Made by a program: the position numbers and the translations under genes. Under the pieces are notes generated by a model. The model searched no databases. It had not been told where the DNA came from and saw nothing but the letters and a program-made list of their open reading frames with translations. DNA of 64,000 nucleotides from Laetmonice hystrix (taxonomy: Eukaryota), in NCBI GenBank assembly GCA_965235115.1, contig OZ249437.1:19716001-19780000 (forward strand). Direction: 5' to 3'. Position 1 is the first letter of the stretch. Each line of letters opens with the position of its first letter. Shown piece by piece: positions 13,101-26,934 of the stretch.

Positions 13101-15033
13101 GCACCATCCTGACCTTCTCGGAGTTTCTTGGGCCTGTTACAGAAACATTTATAAGAAGCTGAACTGTCTGAGATAGTTAGGGGTAGTTATCCTAACCATC
13201 CTCTGCGTAGGCGGACACTCACTATATGCAGCTTCCAAGCTGGCTGCAACCGGCCAGAAAAGTGAGAGGGAAAGAGAAACGGACAGAGAGGGTACAAAGT
13301 CAGGGAGTCCGTGGACTGGAGATCGTTTTAATTCTATGAGGGACTCGGTGTTTGACATGTTGGACTACCATGGATTAGATGTCCCGCTTGGAAAGATGTC
13401 AGGCACACTGGGTCGAGTGAGATCGGCTCATATTCCTATTCCAGCGTCCTCAGTTCTTGTCTCCAGAGCTCTCACTCACAGGACTACAGCCGGCAGAAGG
13501 TAGGCACTTTAGGATACGCCTAGAAATGATTTATAACATTGTAATGACCTTGGAGATTATTATGGTGCAGGATTTTACTGAAAATAGGCTAGCTCTCGTC
13601 GTCTCTTGAAAAAAGAAACATTAGAGGTACTAATCAGGGAGGAGGTTCGGGAGGGTCTGTACCCCCCCCCCCCCAATACAAAATAAAGTATAGGGCTTGC
13701 ATAAGGTACACGACCAGGCCATTCCGGCATGCCCCACAGCATGGCTTCTCCCGGCTCAAGTGTAACCCCCCTCAAAAAATCCTGCGCACGGCCCTGCTAA
13801 TTATAAATCGAACCAAGCCACAACTCCACCATCCACGGTATCCTTTGAGGCTACTCTGTCTATCCTGCCGGTGTGGGAAACTAGAGTCTATGGTCTACTT
13901 TAGCGTCGGGCGAGTGATCCAGTGAGAATTGTAATATCATGTTATCACATCCATGGTCAATAGAAATGGGTCAGACCAACAGTTACCTGCTATGTGAATC
14001 ATGACCAGGCAGTAACCCCATGGGGCCAACCGGCCAGTATTCGAGAACACACCCATGTGAAATCAATTTATCGATGATCCAGAGGCAATTGGTTCACTCT
14101 AATGGAACTGATTGATCTCAGGATTATTTTTTTAAGTGAAGATTACATCAAGGCAACCAAGAGAGTTTCTAAAATATAATGTTCGTGAGATGTTAAAATT
14201 AAAGAGAGAATTGAATTACGAGATAATGAATTGCTACGGCTGTGTATTTCAACAGCTGCTAACTTGCTTATCTGGCACCGTGTCAGTTCTTGTAACACGA
14301 CTCCGTATTGATGGCTGTGAACAACCAGCTGCTGACACCGCCAAACGGTGACAAAATGGATGATCGCTCTCACACCCACTCCACTGAACAAAATTCACCT
14401 TCTCACCCAACTGATCAATCTCATGATTTTTACGTGATAAAATGTGGGGGAAACGAGATATTAAAGTACTTAAGTGCGGATTACAAGTAATATGTGTTAC
14501 TACCGGTATCTCAATTTCTATTTTAGGAAATATCCAAAATTTGACTTCTTTTCTAAACAACTGTAGATACTTCAACTTAATCATGTGTAACATCTAAAAT
14601 AAAGTGACCCTGCCTGAGTGTGTCTACAGCTTAAGGTCTTGCTCTCTAGCAAAATTCGATGTTATGTAAATTACATTTCGAGAAAAGAACTCAACATTTC
14701 AGGTTTGAGAGATAAAGCGCGTTCGAGCCAAGTTGTCAAGCACACTCTAAATAATGATTGTCCATTGATAACTTAAAACGACTCAAACTCAAATATATTC
14801 CGACAAAAAGCTTTGCGCTTGGCATTTCGAAATGAAATAACTACTCCTTATGTTCAGTGGATTGAAAATGATATCAGGGATTGGAGGGTGGCTTGTGTTT
14901 CTAGTTGGCACTGGATATAGTGTACCCGGCAAACGGTAAACAGGCTGGGCTTTTGTAGCCAGTCATCTACAACACCCAGTCAGCCACAGCACACAGTCAG
15001 CAACACCTCACTTAGCCAGCCACAGCACACAGA

Positions 15034-15817
15034 GCAAACAGTCACCCACAGCAAACAGTCACCCACAGCAAACAGTCACCCACAGCAAACAGTCGCCCAC
15101 AGCAAACAGTCGCCCACAGCAAACAGTCGCCCACAGCAAACAGTCACCCACAGCAAACAGTCACCCACAGCAAACAGTCACCCACAGCAAACAGTCGCCC
15201 ACAGCAAACAGTCGCCCACAGCAAACAGTCGCCCACAGCAAACAGTCGTCCACAGCAAACAGTCGCCCACAGCAAACAGTCGCCCACAGCAAACAGTCGC
15301 CCCCAGCAAACAGTCGCCCACAGCAAACAGTCGCCCACAGCAAACAGTCGTCCACAGCAAACAGTCGCCCACAGCAAACAGTCGCCCACAGCAAACAGTC
15401 GCCCCCAGCAAACAGTCGCCCACAGCAAACAGTCGCCCACAGCAAACAGTCGCCCACAGCAAACAGTCACCCACAGCAAACAGTCGCCCACAGCAAACAG
15501 TCGCCCCCAGCAAACAGTCGCCCCCAGCAAACAGTCGCCCACAGCAAACAGTCGCCCACAGTAAACAGTCGCCCACAGCAAACAGTCGCCCACAGCAAAC
15601 AGTCGCCCACAGCAAACAGTCGCCCACAGCAAACAGTCGCCCACAGCAAACAGTCGCCCACAGCAAACAGTCACCCACAGCAAACAGTCGCCCGCAGCAA
15701 ACAGTCGCCCGCAGCAAACAGTCGCCCACAGCAAACAGTCGCCCACAGCAAACCTTCGCCCACAGCAAACAGTCGCCCACAGCAAACAGTCGCCCACAGC
15801 AAACAGTCGCCCACAGC
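15034..15817. repeat. 17-bp tandem repeat
   Basis: (cagcaaacagtcgccca)n. Confidence 0.96.
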
Positions 15818-18150
15818 ATTCCCAGTTGGTCCCACCGACCATTCAGTTTTCATCTCATTTAATAATCATTGTCATGAATTAAACAGATTAGGTATGAATG
15901 ATCGCGTGTTGAATGAGAAATTTATCACTAGAACTGCTGAACGGTAGGCAGCTCATGGAACAGATAAAACTGACGGTTTAAAAATAATTATTTCATTATT
16001 AAATGCTTTGACGTTCAGTTCTGGACGGGACATTGTCAGATCACAAAGTTCTCCGCCTTGACACCAGGTGTCAGGTCATGCCGAGCTCTGCTGACTGTGG
16101 TTTGTAGTAACTGCCTCACAGTCAGCGGAAAGAGTTGACAAGTACAAACACGCTGTTTCTTCCACTATATTTACCCATCAAAGCTCACTCACAAGATTAA
16201 AAGATAGAGAGTGGAGTTCTCTGGTAAAACCGATCTTTTCAAATGAGTGTGTTTTTATCGTGATGCGTAAAGCCTTTACCTAGCATAGAAAGGTAGAGTG
16301 AAGGACAGGTAGATTTGTTCTAAAAAAATGCAAGTAACGGAAATCCATACTTGAGGGTACAGGTGGCAGGTAAAGGCATAAAACACGTGTGGTGCACTTT
16401 GGCTTGGAACTGCTGAGTCTGCATGTGCACTGCACGTGCGGGTCTTCCCCTGGCGGAAGTAATGAAAGCAGTGTCTTACACACCGAACAATTTATTTAGG
16501 GCCGGTTTGACGTCACTTTAGTGACAACTGGGGGGGGGTGGGGTGGTTGCAGGGCACAAAACAGGCGCTCGCTACTCGCAAAATGCGAATGGCGAGTGCG
16601 CCGGGCGAGTACCTAAGTCGGTGCACTGGTCCGTACTATCGAGTGCCAAAAATGGGCAAAAAACGTTAGGTAGCATAAAAACACCTGGCCAGACTGAAAT
16701 CTGCAAGGTATCTCATCTAAACGACAAGAGGGAAGTGGAAGAAGTTCTGTCTATATGTGACATGAGAATAATTAGGCCTACCTCTATCCATAAAACCTAA
16801 TTATTATTCAAATAATTATTTAAATCAAGGGATTTGGCATTATCTAGGTTGGTGTCATTAATAAATCTTACTTTATGTAAATATGCGTTGTTTTTCACAT
16901 CAGCGACTCAAAGCCAGATATTGTAAATATACGGACCAGTGCACTGGTCCTTAAAGGGAATACTGCCCTACTCTCCGTTTTGACCCCTGTAGTTGGGGCA
17001 TGCGTTACCCCTTCAGGTCGATAGGAGCATTCTGGGCACGACCTCGTGTAGGGTGCCGTCGGGGGAGGTCGACAACCCCCCCCCCCTCCCAAAACTCCCC
17101 CCCCCTTTTCTAACATAATTGCCCACTTCTTCAAAAAGCTCCACTTTCCTCCAAAAACGATCCAACTCTTTCGAAATCATACTTACGGGCCTGTGTGGGA
17201 GACGACAAGGATCACCGACGGATCTGCGACCTTTGCCAGGATCACAGTCTCTGAGACACCGGTGTAAAGGCGGCGGGAGGGGGGTTTAAAAGTTTCACGT
17301 AAGTGGGTCCTGACTCAATTACATCCCCAAGAAAGACATTGTTTGTAGGCGCCTCACTGTGACATAGTTATCTATGACAAAATGATGACAAAAATACTTC
17401 ATTCTGTTAATTCTAAGCTATATCTCCAACAGGAGGTCTCAGTTTTTGATCATGTGACCAAGGGGCTTACATAATTCCTCCATGAAGCAGAGAGCCAGTG
17501 CCGTTTCGTTTCCAGGTTATCAAACAGTAGCAGAGAGCCAGTGCCGTTTCGTTTCCAGGTTGTCAAACAGTATCAGACTGGTTCTGGCGGCTGTTGACAC
17601 GTCGCCAACCACGTGACCTTGACGCCAGGGTGGCGGAGGGCCAATTCTTGTCTTGTCACTTTGTCTGACACCTACACCCTCCTAACCCACCCCACCCCTA
17701 GCCACCCCCACCTGCGTCACCAACCAGTTCGATCTTACCCTATACTTTGTGCTCAGCTGACTGTGGCTGGTGAAATGCTGCACCTGATGACTCGGAAGAA
17801 TTACAAAGGCCAAGAATACAGAGCTCACAGCAAACGGGGGAAAGGAATGGAGGGTGCCATGGAGAATGACTCGGTGCCAATATTGGCGGCAGGGGGACCT
17901 TGAAGGGGTCATCGAGTGCAACAACTCTCTACAGTAGTCAGTTTTATAGAATGATCAATTGTGATTTGTGTCATTGATCTACAAGATAATATTATGAATG
18001 AAACATAAATTAAAACCAGACTTAAACTAGACATCAATAGACAGACATCGCTATGCGATATTCGAGAAAGGAACGTTAACTATTTCTACTCATTCAACAA
18101 TAGGGAAAAGTAATTTGAAATATTAAACTCAGGATTATATCAAATCCTAT

Positions 18151-20685
18151 CACTGAAGGAGTCTGTATCAGGGAGCATGATACCACTGAGGGAGTCTGTA
18201 TCAAGGGTCAGGGAGCATGATACCACTGAGGGAGTCTGTATCAAGGGTCAGGGAGCATGATACCACTGAGGGAGTCTGTATCAAGGGTCAGGGAGCATGA
18301 TACCACTGAGGGAGTCTGTATCAACGGTCAGGGAGCATGATACCACTGAGGGAGTCTGTATCAACGGTCAGGGAGCACGATACCACTGAGGGAGTCTGTA
18401 TCAAGGGTCAGGGAGCATGATACCACTGAGGGAGTCTGTATCAAGGGTCAAGGAACATGATACCACTGAGGGAGTCTGTATCAAGGGTCAGGGAGCATGA
18501 TACCACTGAGGGAGTCTGTATCAATGCACAGGGAGCATGATACCACTGAGGGAGTCTGTATCAAGGGTCAGGGAGCATGATACCACTGAGGGAGTCTGTA
18601 TCAAGGGTCAGGGAGCATGATACCACAGAGGGAGTCGGTATCAAGGGTCAGGGAGCATGATACCACTGAGGGAGTCTGTATCAAGGGTCAGGGAGCATGA
18701 TACCACAGAGGGAGTCTGTATCAATGCACAGGGAGCATGATACCACTGAGGGAGTCTGTATCAAGGGTCAGGGAGTATGATACCACTGAGAGAGTCTGTA
18801 TCAAGGGCCAGGAAGCATGATACCACTGAGGGAGTCTGTATCAAGGGTCAGGGAGCATGATACCACTGAGGGAGTCTGTATCAAGGGTCAGGAAGCATAA
18901 CACCACAAAGGGAGTCTGTATCAAGGGTCAGGGAGCATGATACCACTGAGGGAGTCTGTATCAAGGGTCAGGGAGTATGATACCACTGAGGGAGTCTGTA
19001 TCAAGGGTCAGGGAGCATGATACCACTGAGGGAGTCTGTATCAAGGGTCAGGGAGCATGATACCACTGAGGGAGTCTGTATCAATGCACAGGGAGCATGA
19101 TACCACTGAGGGAGTCTGTATCAAGGGTCAGGGAGTATGATACCACTGAGGGAGTCTATATCAATGCACAGGGAGCATGATACCACTGAGGGAGTCTGTA
19201 TCAAGGGTCAGGGAGCATGATACCACTGAGGGAGTCTGTATCAAGGGTCAGGGAGCATGATACCACTGAGGGAGTCTGTATCAAGGGTCAGGGAGCATGA
19301 TACCACTGAGGGAGTCTGTATCAATGCACAGGGAGCATGATACCACTGAGGGAGTCTGTATCAAGGGTCAGGGAGCATGATACCACTGAGGGAGTCTGTA
19401 TCAATGCACAGGGAGCATGATACCACTGAGGGAGTCTGTATCAAGGGTCAGGGAGCATGATACCACTGAGGGAGTCTGTATCAAGGGTCAGGGAGCATGA
19501 TACCACTGAGGGAGTCTGTATCAAGGGTCAGGGAGCATGATACCACTGAGGGAGTCTGTATCAATGCACAGGGAGCATGATACCACTGAGGGAGTCTGTA
19601 TCAAGGGTCAGGGAGCATGATACCACTGAGGGAGTCTGTATCAAGGGTCAGGGAGCATGATACCACAGAGGGAGTCGGTATCAAGGGTCAGGGAGCATGA
19701 TACCACTGAGGGAGTCTGTATCAAGGGTCAGGGAGCATGATACCACAGAGGGAGTCTGTATCAATGCACAGGGAGCATGATACCACTGAGGGAGTCTGTA
19801 TCAAGGGTCAGGGAGTATGATACCACTGAGAGAGTCTGTATCAAGGGCCAGGAAGCATGATACCACTGAGGGAGTCTGTATCAAGGGTCAGGGAGCATGA
19901 TACCACTGAGGGAGTCTGTATCAAGGGTCAGGAAGCATAACACCACAAAGGGAGTCTGTATCAAGGGTCAGGGAGCATGATACCACTGAGGGAGTCTGTA
20001 TCAAGGGTCAGGGAGTATGATACCACTGAGGGAGTCTGTATCAAGGGTCAGGGAGCATGATACCACTGAGGGAGTCTGTATCAAGGGTCAGGGAGCATGA
20101 TACCACTGAGGGAGTCTGTATCAATGCACAGGGAGCATGATACCACTGAGGGAGTCTGTATCAAGGGTCAGGGAGTATGATACCACTGAGGGAGTCTATA
20201 TCAATGCACAGGGAGCATGATACCACTGAGGGAGTCTGTATCAAGGGTCAGGGAGCATGATACCACTGAGGGAGTCTGTATCAAGGGTCAGGGAGCATGA
20301 TACCACTGAGGGAGTCTGTATCAAGGGTCAGGGAGCATGATACCACTGAGGGAGTCTGTATCAATGCACAGGGAGCATGATACCACTGAGGGAGTCTGTA
20401 TCAAGGGTCAGGGAGCATGATACCACTGAGGGAGTCTGTATCAATGCACAGGGAGCATGATACCACTGAGGGAGTCTGTATCAAGGGTCAGGGAGCATGA
20501 TACCACTGAGGGAGTCTGTATCAAGGGTCAGGGAGCATGATACCACTGAGGGAGTCTGTATCAAGGGTCAGGGAACATGATACCACTGAGGGAGTCTGTA
20601 TCAAGGGTCAGGGAGCATGATACCACAGAGGGAGTCTGTATCAATGCTTATGGAGCATGAAACCACTGCGGGAGTCTGTATCAAG
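18151..20685. repeat. Minisatellite, 40-bp unit, about 63 copies
   Basis: taccactgagggagtctgtatcaagggtcagggagcatga with period 40. Confidence 0.97.
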
Positions 20686-21981
20686 AAATCGGTCGCACAT
20701 CAAGTCGATTGGACCATTTCAGATCTGTAATGAAAAAAAGAATGCTGCAAGAACTTGTGGTTACGTTTAGATTGGTTTGGGCAGAGTGTCGTTCAATGAT
20801 CGCAAATCATAATCTCTTTGATCCACGCTGATAATACAAAAGGGCATACAAAAAGGTGGACGATAGTAGATAAGACCCATTCATCGTAAGTACTATAAAA
20901 GAAAGCCAGAAAGGAGGTCTCATGAACCCAGTTCTTTTGGAACTACTTAATGGTCGAATGAAGAGTCGAGTGCTCGTTACATGAAGTACATTTAAATTCG
21001 TTGGGAATGTTCAACAGATCATTCTGAGGAGTCATCAAACATTTACGTCGTCGTGAATTATAAAGACCACAGAGTAGACGGTTTAGGGCAACACATAAAT
21101 GGAACATTGGGGGATAATTACAGCACCACATAACTGGAATTATGGGGATAATTATGGAAAGTGATTTTTCAGTAAAAACATTTTCGAACTTATAGTTCCT
21201 GGCATTATCACAAGGTGGCATTACGACAGGGTGCCGAGGTTTTCACAGAATCTGTATAGGCATGTTTAGTGCCAAGTTCCGTACGAAGACTGGGGCTATC
21301 CTTCCCGTATTTACGGTACAATATTTACCTTTAACTTCATTTACCTGACCTAGATTTAACGGCTGATTAAAAACTTCGATAATAGCAGTTGAAGAGCCAC
21401 TTGTTATACGTGCATGGAAGAGTCACCTTCTCTAATGGTGGCCATGTGATCGCCGTCAGTAAAACTCATCTACAAACCGGACATGTTTCGCAGAATTAGG
21501 TGAGCAACCTTCCTTTTACCCTGACAGTAATTGATCTCATTTTGAACAGGTCACTTCATTGTTCCTGCCACATGTACCAGAGGGTTAACATGACAATGGG
21601 AGTCATTTCCCTTTTTTTTCTAAACCGATATGTCATAATTGGATAGTTGGAGGATACAGAAAGGTGTGGAAATCGTAAGCTGAAACTGTGAACAAGAGAT
21701 GTTGGAATCTGTGTCGTAGGTACAATAAGAGCCTGATCGTGTAGCTATCACGTACATGGGGCTCATAGTATATGGCCTCCCGAGCATTAACAGCGATATT
21801 TCCTGGGACCACAAGATTCATTCATCTGTAAAGGTGATTGTAGTTTGTAGGACGTAATTAAAGAAAACTTTGTTCATTGAATGGTAGGTTTTCATTAGGC
21901 CAAATACCTGACCGAACACATCGGTAAGTCTTTGATCTATACGAAACATGATAAGGAGGAGGGAAAAACGAGACCAGTCCT

Positions 21982-22806
21982 GTCAGATCGTAGTGAATGA
22001 TCGTCGTCGTTACCGTATGGTCTGTAGTAAACGCTACAGTTAGATCGTAGTAGATGATCGTCGTTACCGTATGGTCTGTAGTAAACGCTACAGTTAGATC
22101 GTAGTAGATGGTCGTCGTTACCGTATGGTCTGTAGTAAACCCCACAGTCAGATAGTAGTAGATGATCGTCGTCGTTACCGTATGGTCTGTAGTAAACGCT
22201 ACAGTTAGATCGTAGTAGATGATCGTCGTCGTTACCGTATGGTCTGTAGTAAACGCTACAGTCAGATCGTAGTAGATGATCGTCGTTACCGTATGGTCTG
22301 TAGTAAACCCCACAGTCAGATAGTAGTAGATGATCGTCGTTACCGTATGGTCTGTAGTAAACGCCACATTCAGATCGTAGTAGATGGTCGTCGTTACCGT
22401 ATGGTCTGTAGTAAACGCTACAGTCAGATCGTAGTGGATGGTCGTCGTTACCGTATGGTCTGTAGTAAACGCCACAGTCGGATCGTAGTGGATGGTCGTC
22501 GTTACCGTATGGTCTGTAGTAAACGCCACAGTCAGATCGTAGTAGATGGTCGTCGTTACCGTATGGTCTGTAGTAAACGCCACAGTCAGATCGTAGTAGA
22601 TGGTCGTCGTTACCGTATGGTCTGTAGTAAACGCTACAGTCAGATCGTAGTGGATGGTCGTCGTTACCGTATGGTCTGTAGTAAACGCTACAGTCAGATC
22701 GTAGTGGATGGTCGTCGTTACCGTATGGTCTGTAGTAAACGCCACACTCAGATCGTAGTAGATGATCGTCGTTACCGTATGGTCTGTAGTAAACGCTACA
22801 GTCAGA
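21982..22806. repeat. Minisatellite, 54/57-bp unit
   Basis: Repeated cagatcgtagtagatggtcgtcgttaccgtatggtctgtagtaaacgctacagt. Confidence 0.95.
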
Positions 22807-22837
22807 TATGTTGATTTCTTAGTCTTCTATCGCTAGT

Positions 22838-23020
22838 GGTGTTGCTATATTAACCCTTTTAGAACAGGGTTCAATCCCAGCCATACACAATGGCGGGTGT
22901 TGCTATATTAAACATTTCAGAACAGGGTTTAATCCCAGCCATACACAATGGCGGGTGTTGCTATATTAACCCTTTTAAAACAGGGTTCAATCCCAGCCAT
23001 ACACAATGGCGGGTGTTGCT
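22838..23020. repeat. About 59-bp unit, three copies
   Basis: Repeated gtgttgctatattaac...cagggttcaatcccagccatacacaatggcgg. Confidence 0.85.
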
Positions 23021-25030
23021 GCATTGCCACTTTAAGAACGGGACCCAATCCCAATCAGACACTACCTGGTGTTGATATTTAGCCCGTTAAGATTGGTTTG
23101 TGATTTAAAGTAATAACATCAGAACGTTTGCTGATAAGTGTAATTCCGTATTTAGTTGGACACAGGGAGGAACATCAACGAGTTGTATCGGGTAAAGTTA
23201 TGAAGGTCACTGCTGTGACACCTTTGTAGACATTTAAAGACATTATTTTTTATCCGGGTTATATGTTTCCGTTTGTACGTTTCATGGCAGTGTACCAGCT
23301 GATGATACGAGACATCTCATGCTTACTGTGTTTGCTGTGTACAGATGAGAATACAAATAATTGTGGTATGCTGACTGATGGACCCACCATCTTCTCTCTA
23401 ACGGCCTTCGTGAGGACCTCTCCTAGGGTCACCTTGAGAAGGTCAAACAGAGACGTTAGCATGTTAATGCTGCCACTGCTGCTGCTGCTGCTGACTGCAG
23501 ACTTGTTAAGGCTGGCATTGATATAATGTGTATTGATATAATGTGTATTTAATCAGTTTTGACTGACTGTAATTATCATGTCTGGCAACAGTTAAGGCGC
23601 CAGTGTATCTTGTGGCCGGTGGCTGGTTACCTGTTCGTTAATTGCCGGTGTCGCGGTCTGTACCTTCCACCGTACCGCACCTTCCGCCTCCACTGGGCCG
23701 AATATAAATGACATTGACAACAGGCATCATAGTGTTCTGATTTTCATCGGGTAAAACCTGTCCGACTCAGAATTTGCCGGCAAACTGGAAGCCATAAATG
23801 TTGCTTTATTCTGGCATACAAACTTAATGGAAAGTATATTTTGTGACAACTCTAGGGTACCTAACTTTATTTGCTCAACAAACAGATTCTTGCCCCGTGA
23901 TCCGAAGGGAGTCTCGCCATCCTCCATGTCCCCGGGAATTTTCCGATTTTTTTCCAGTCGTCACTCTCCTACCTGTGACAATCGGCGTACATCAACATCC
24001 CTGGACTTGAGATTTGTAAATCTGAAAGTGATGCACGGTACGTCGACTATCAATGATTGATCGCAATCTAGTGGCTGAAACATCTACCGCTCATTGATTG
24101 ACAGAGACAGTTCAATGTAGGCGGAAAGTAGAGTACAGTAGAGCGGAAGGCACAGACTGCGACACCGGGTGGTGTACGTATAGCCCGCGGGTATCGGGCA
24201 GCTGTAGTGTGCAGGTATGGATGTAACTCAGTCAGCTCGTCGTTCACCTCAAGTTTAAACAAGAGTTCTTCAACCATGGACCAATAGAGCGTGGAATGTT
24301 AGCGTTTCTTTGTAGTTCCGGCAAAATGTTCTGAACCTTTTCGTTTGACGTTTTCTATTTGAAGCCATAAATATAAGCCTTTAATTTCTCAACGATTATT
24401 TTAGCAATAAAGTGTCCCGTTTCAGGTTATATTCAGTAAGGGCAAAAAAAAGAGAATTTTTCTATATTTAGTGTGAATGTGTCGGACCAGTCTGTTTCCA
24501 GACCACTAGGGACCACTACAACACTTAGACTATCCGCCACACATCCCACACACATCAACAAACCAATACAACTCAAAACATTAAAGTGGGATGATCCGCG
24601 ATACTGGTGATGGCTTAGCCATGCGGGTTGGCGTCGGAAACTAATATTGCATCCAGGCATGAATAAACAATTATATTGTGACGCCTACGAGTACGTGAGT
24701 TAATACCCCATCAGGACGTGTCTCTAGACTCCTAATGTCTCGAGTGTATCTTCACCAGGCTACAGGGCCAGAGATGAGCTGCCAACGCAGCTAAGATCTG
24801 GACTTGAATCAGGACATTGTCCAGCTTACGTGGCCATGGGCCAGGTTGACAGTGGAATCAACCGTTTGACGAGTCGTAGACAATCATATAGCAATGTTGG
24901 TGTTAATAGTGATCACATCAGTTCATGCCATACCCTGGGAACGAAATACGTTGCTATATGATGCAGGGCAAGACGGGAGTTACCCAAGGAGCAAGCATAG
25001 AACAATACTTATTGTCATCAGTAGAACCTA

Positions 25031-25287
25031 ATGGGGGGCATCCTTGTGTGTGGCAGTTCACGTAATCAGGACATCAGTACTCGTCACAGGACATCAACTT
25101 ACCCAATGGCCCCCAGTGAATCAGATCGGCCAGCACCAAGTAATCGTGGAACCAAACCCAGCCTTAATGGCAGGAGGGGAAGTTTACCAAGGCGGGAAAG
25201 TGTCTCGGAGACCCAGGTCAAAGTTAGGTACAGGAGACATTATAGACATCTGTGTCGGAGACCCTCGTCAGGATACGGAATAATAAG
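25031..25287 (+). CDS. Candidate alternative first exon containing adjacent RRGS and RRES motifs
   Basis: ATG ORF MGGILVC...NGRRGSLPRRESVSET... with two phase-2 donors (AG|gtacag at 25228, AG|gtaatg at 25288). The second donor overlaps the start of a 77-bp repeat. Confidence 0.25.
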
Positions 25288-25504
25288 GTAATGAGGTGGT
25301 TAAAGGAAACTTGTGATGGAATAATATGGTATTGGCTGTCAGAATGATCATACGGAATAATAAGGTAATGAGGTGGTTAAAGGAAACTTGTGATGGAATA
25401 ATATGGTATTGGTTGTCAGAATGATCATACGGAATAATAAGGTAATGAGGTGGTTAAAGGAAACTTGTGATGGAATAATATGGTATTGGCTGTCAGAATG
25501 ATCA
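25274..25504. repeat. About 77-bp unit, three copies
   Basis: tacggaataataaggtaatgaggtggttaaaggaaac...agaatgatca. Confidence 0.9.
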
Positions 25505-25662
25505 TGATAATCAGGCGTTGGAAGGAACTGTTGGTCGGAATGTACTTGTGATAGGATAATGTCGTATTCAGACGTTACAATGATAAGGTTTCACACGTCA
25601 CAATGATATTTTAAGGTATTCTGGCGTCGTAATGACATAAGGTATTCTGGCGATATGAGGTA

Positions 25663-25915
25663 ATCAGACGTTGGAATAAGGTAGTCAGGTTATAATATTG
25701 TGATCAGACGTTGGAATAAGGTAGTCAGGTTATAATATTGTGATCAGACGTTGGAATGAGGTATAGTCAGGTTATAATATTGTGATCAGACGTTGGAATA
25801 AGGTAGTCAGGTTATAATATTGTGATCAGGCGTTGGAATAAGGTAGTCAGGTTATAATATTGTGATCAGGCGTTGGAATAAGGTAGTCAGGTTATAATAT
25901 TGTGATCAGACGTTG
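25663..25915. repeat. 40-bp unit, about six copies
   Basis: atcagacgttggaataaggtagtcaggttataatattgtg. Confidence 0.9.
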
Positions 25916-26753
25916 TTTTTTTAGAGTCCGACACGGGTAGTATCGATTTAACCATTACGATATTATCAGAACATGCCAGAGGTCACTAGGTGCACACCTG
26001 CTCGAAGCGATGTTAGTATAAGCTTTGTCTCACGTCAGACGTGGTCTTGAATAATGTGTTTTTACTAGTATTATAGATACTCGGGCCAGCATCCAAAGTG
26101 AACAGGGACGTTGTCATCATTTTATTGGTTTCGAGGATTGGAACATGACTATTTCCTAACGGTTTGGTCCGTATCGATCTCTGGTATCAGGGGCACTTGT
26201 CTTAAACTTGTGATGACTGCCAGGTTAGTTTAATAACACGTCCACATGACGCAGTATGTGAGAGTGTAGTTTGGTTTGACACGGTTTTCTTGGCAGCCTT
26301 GACAATGATATCTATAATGATGATGACCGGTAATGGAAGCAGTTAAGGTGATGAAGTCCAGTGACACGATGACCTATATAATGCCGTCAGTGGTATTTCA
26401 TATAGACATTTGCCTGGTCCTTCCAGCTGCTAGAGGATGAAGGGTAGGATGGTCCGCGAGGGAAATCAATGTAACTGTAATAATATAATATACAAGGGCG
26501 GTGGAACAGGTTGGCAGCCGCGGCGGCAGTGGCCGAATGATAACATCAATGGGTTACACGCAGACTAGGGATGTCTGATTGCAAAAAAACTTGGGAAGCC
26601 ACTGAACTCTATCATATTATGACATTTGCCTCCAGTAGTTCTGAGATATACCATCAGATTTACCACCAGTGTTTTGGTTCACTGGTAGGAAATAAAAAAA
26701 ACGAGGACGACTCGGTATCTGGGCGGTGGGGGTTGGAGTCATTGCTGTGATAA

Positions 26754-26934
26754 ATTTACCCCCGGAATCACCCCCATGTGTTTACCCCCGGAATCACCCC
26801 CATGTGTTTACCCCCGGAATCACCCCCATGTGTTTACCCCCGGAATCACCCCCATGTGTTTACCCCCGGAATCACCCCCATGTGTTTACCCCCGGAATCG
26901 CCCCCATTTGTTTACCCCCGGAATCACCCCCATG
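26754..26934. repeat. 26-bp unit, about seven copies
   Basis: tttacccccggaatcacccccatgtg. Confidence 0.92.

Noticed and set aside
14308-14495. 60-aa ORF ending AA|gtaata in phase 2
   Set aside because: The donor is created by the stop codon itself, and the ORF shows no coding-like features.
4197-20685. Regular repeat arrays as CRISPR
   Set aside because: There are no unique spacers or cas genes, and the context is eukaryotic.
21858-22745. 295-aa Thr-rich, mucin-like ORF
   Set aside because: It coincides with the 54/57-bp array, has no signal peptide or flanking exon structure, and the opposite strand is also open.
23259-23526. ORFs on both strands, one with a poly-Leu signal-like stretch
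   Set aside because: The stretch derives from a short CTG repeat. There is no acceptor or recognisable family.
23827-24060. Ser/Pro-rich ORF resembling PDE4 N-terminal SPxxSP tracts
   Set aside because: The only clear donor (ttt|gtaaat) is phase 0, incompatible with the UCR1 exon.
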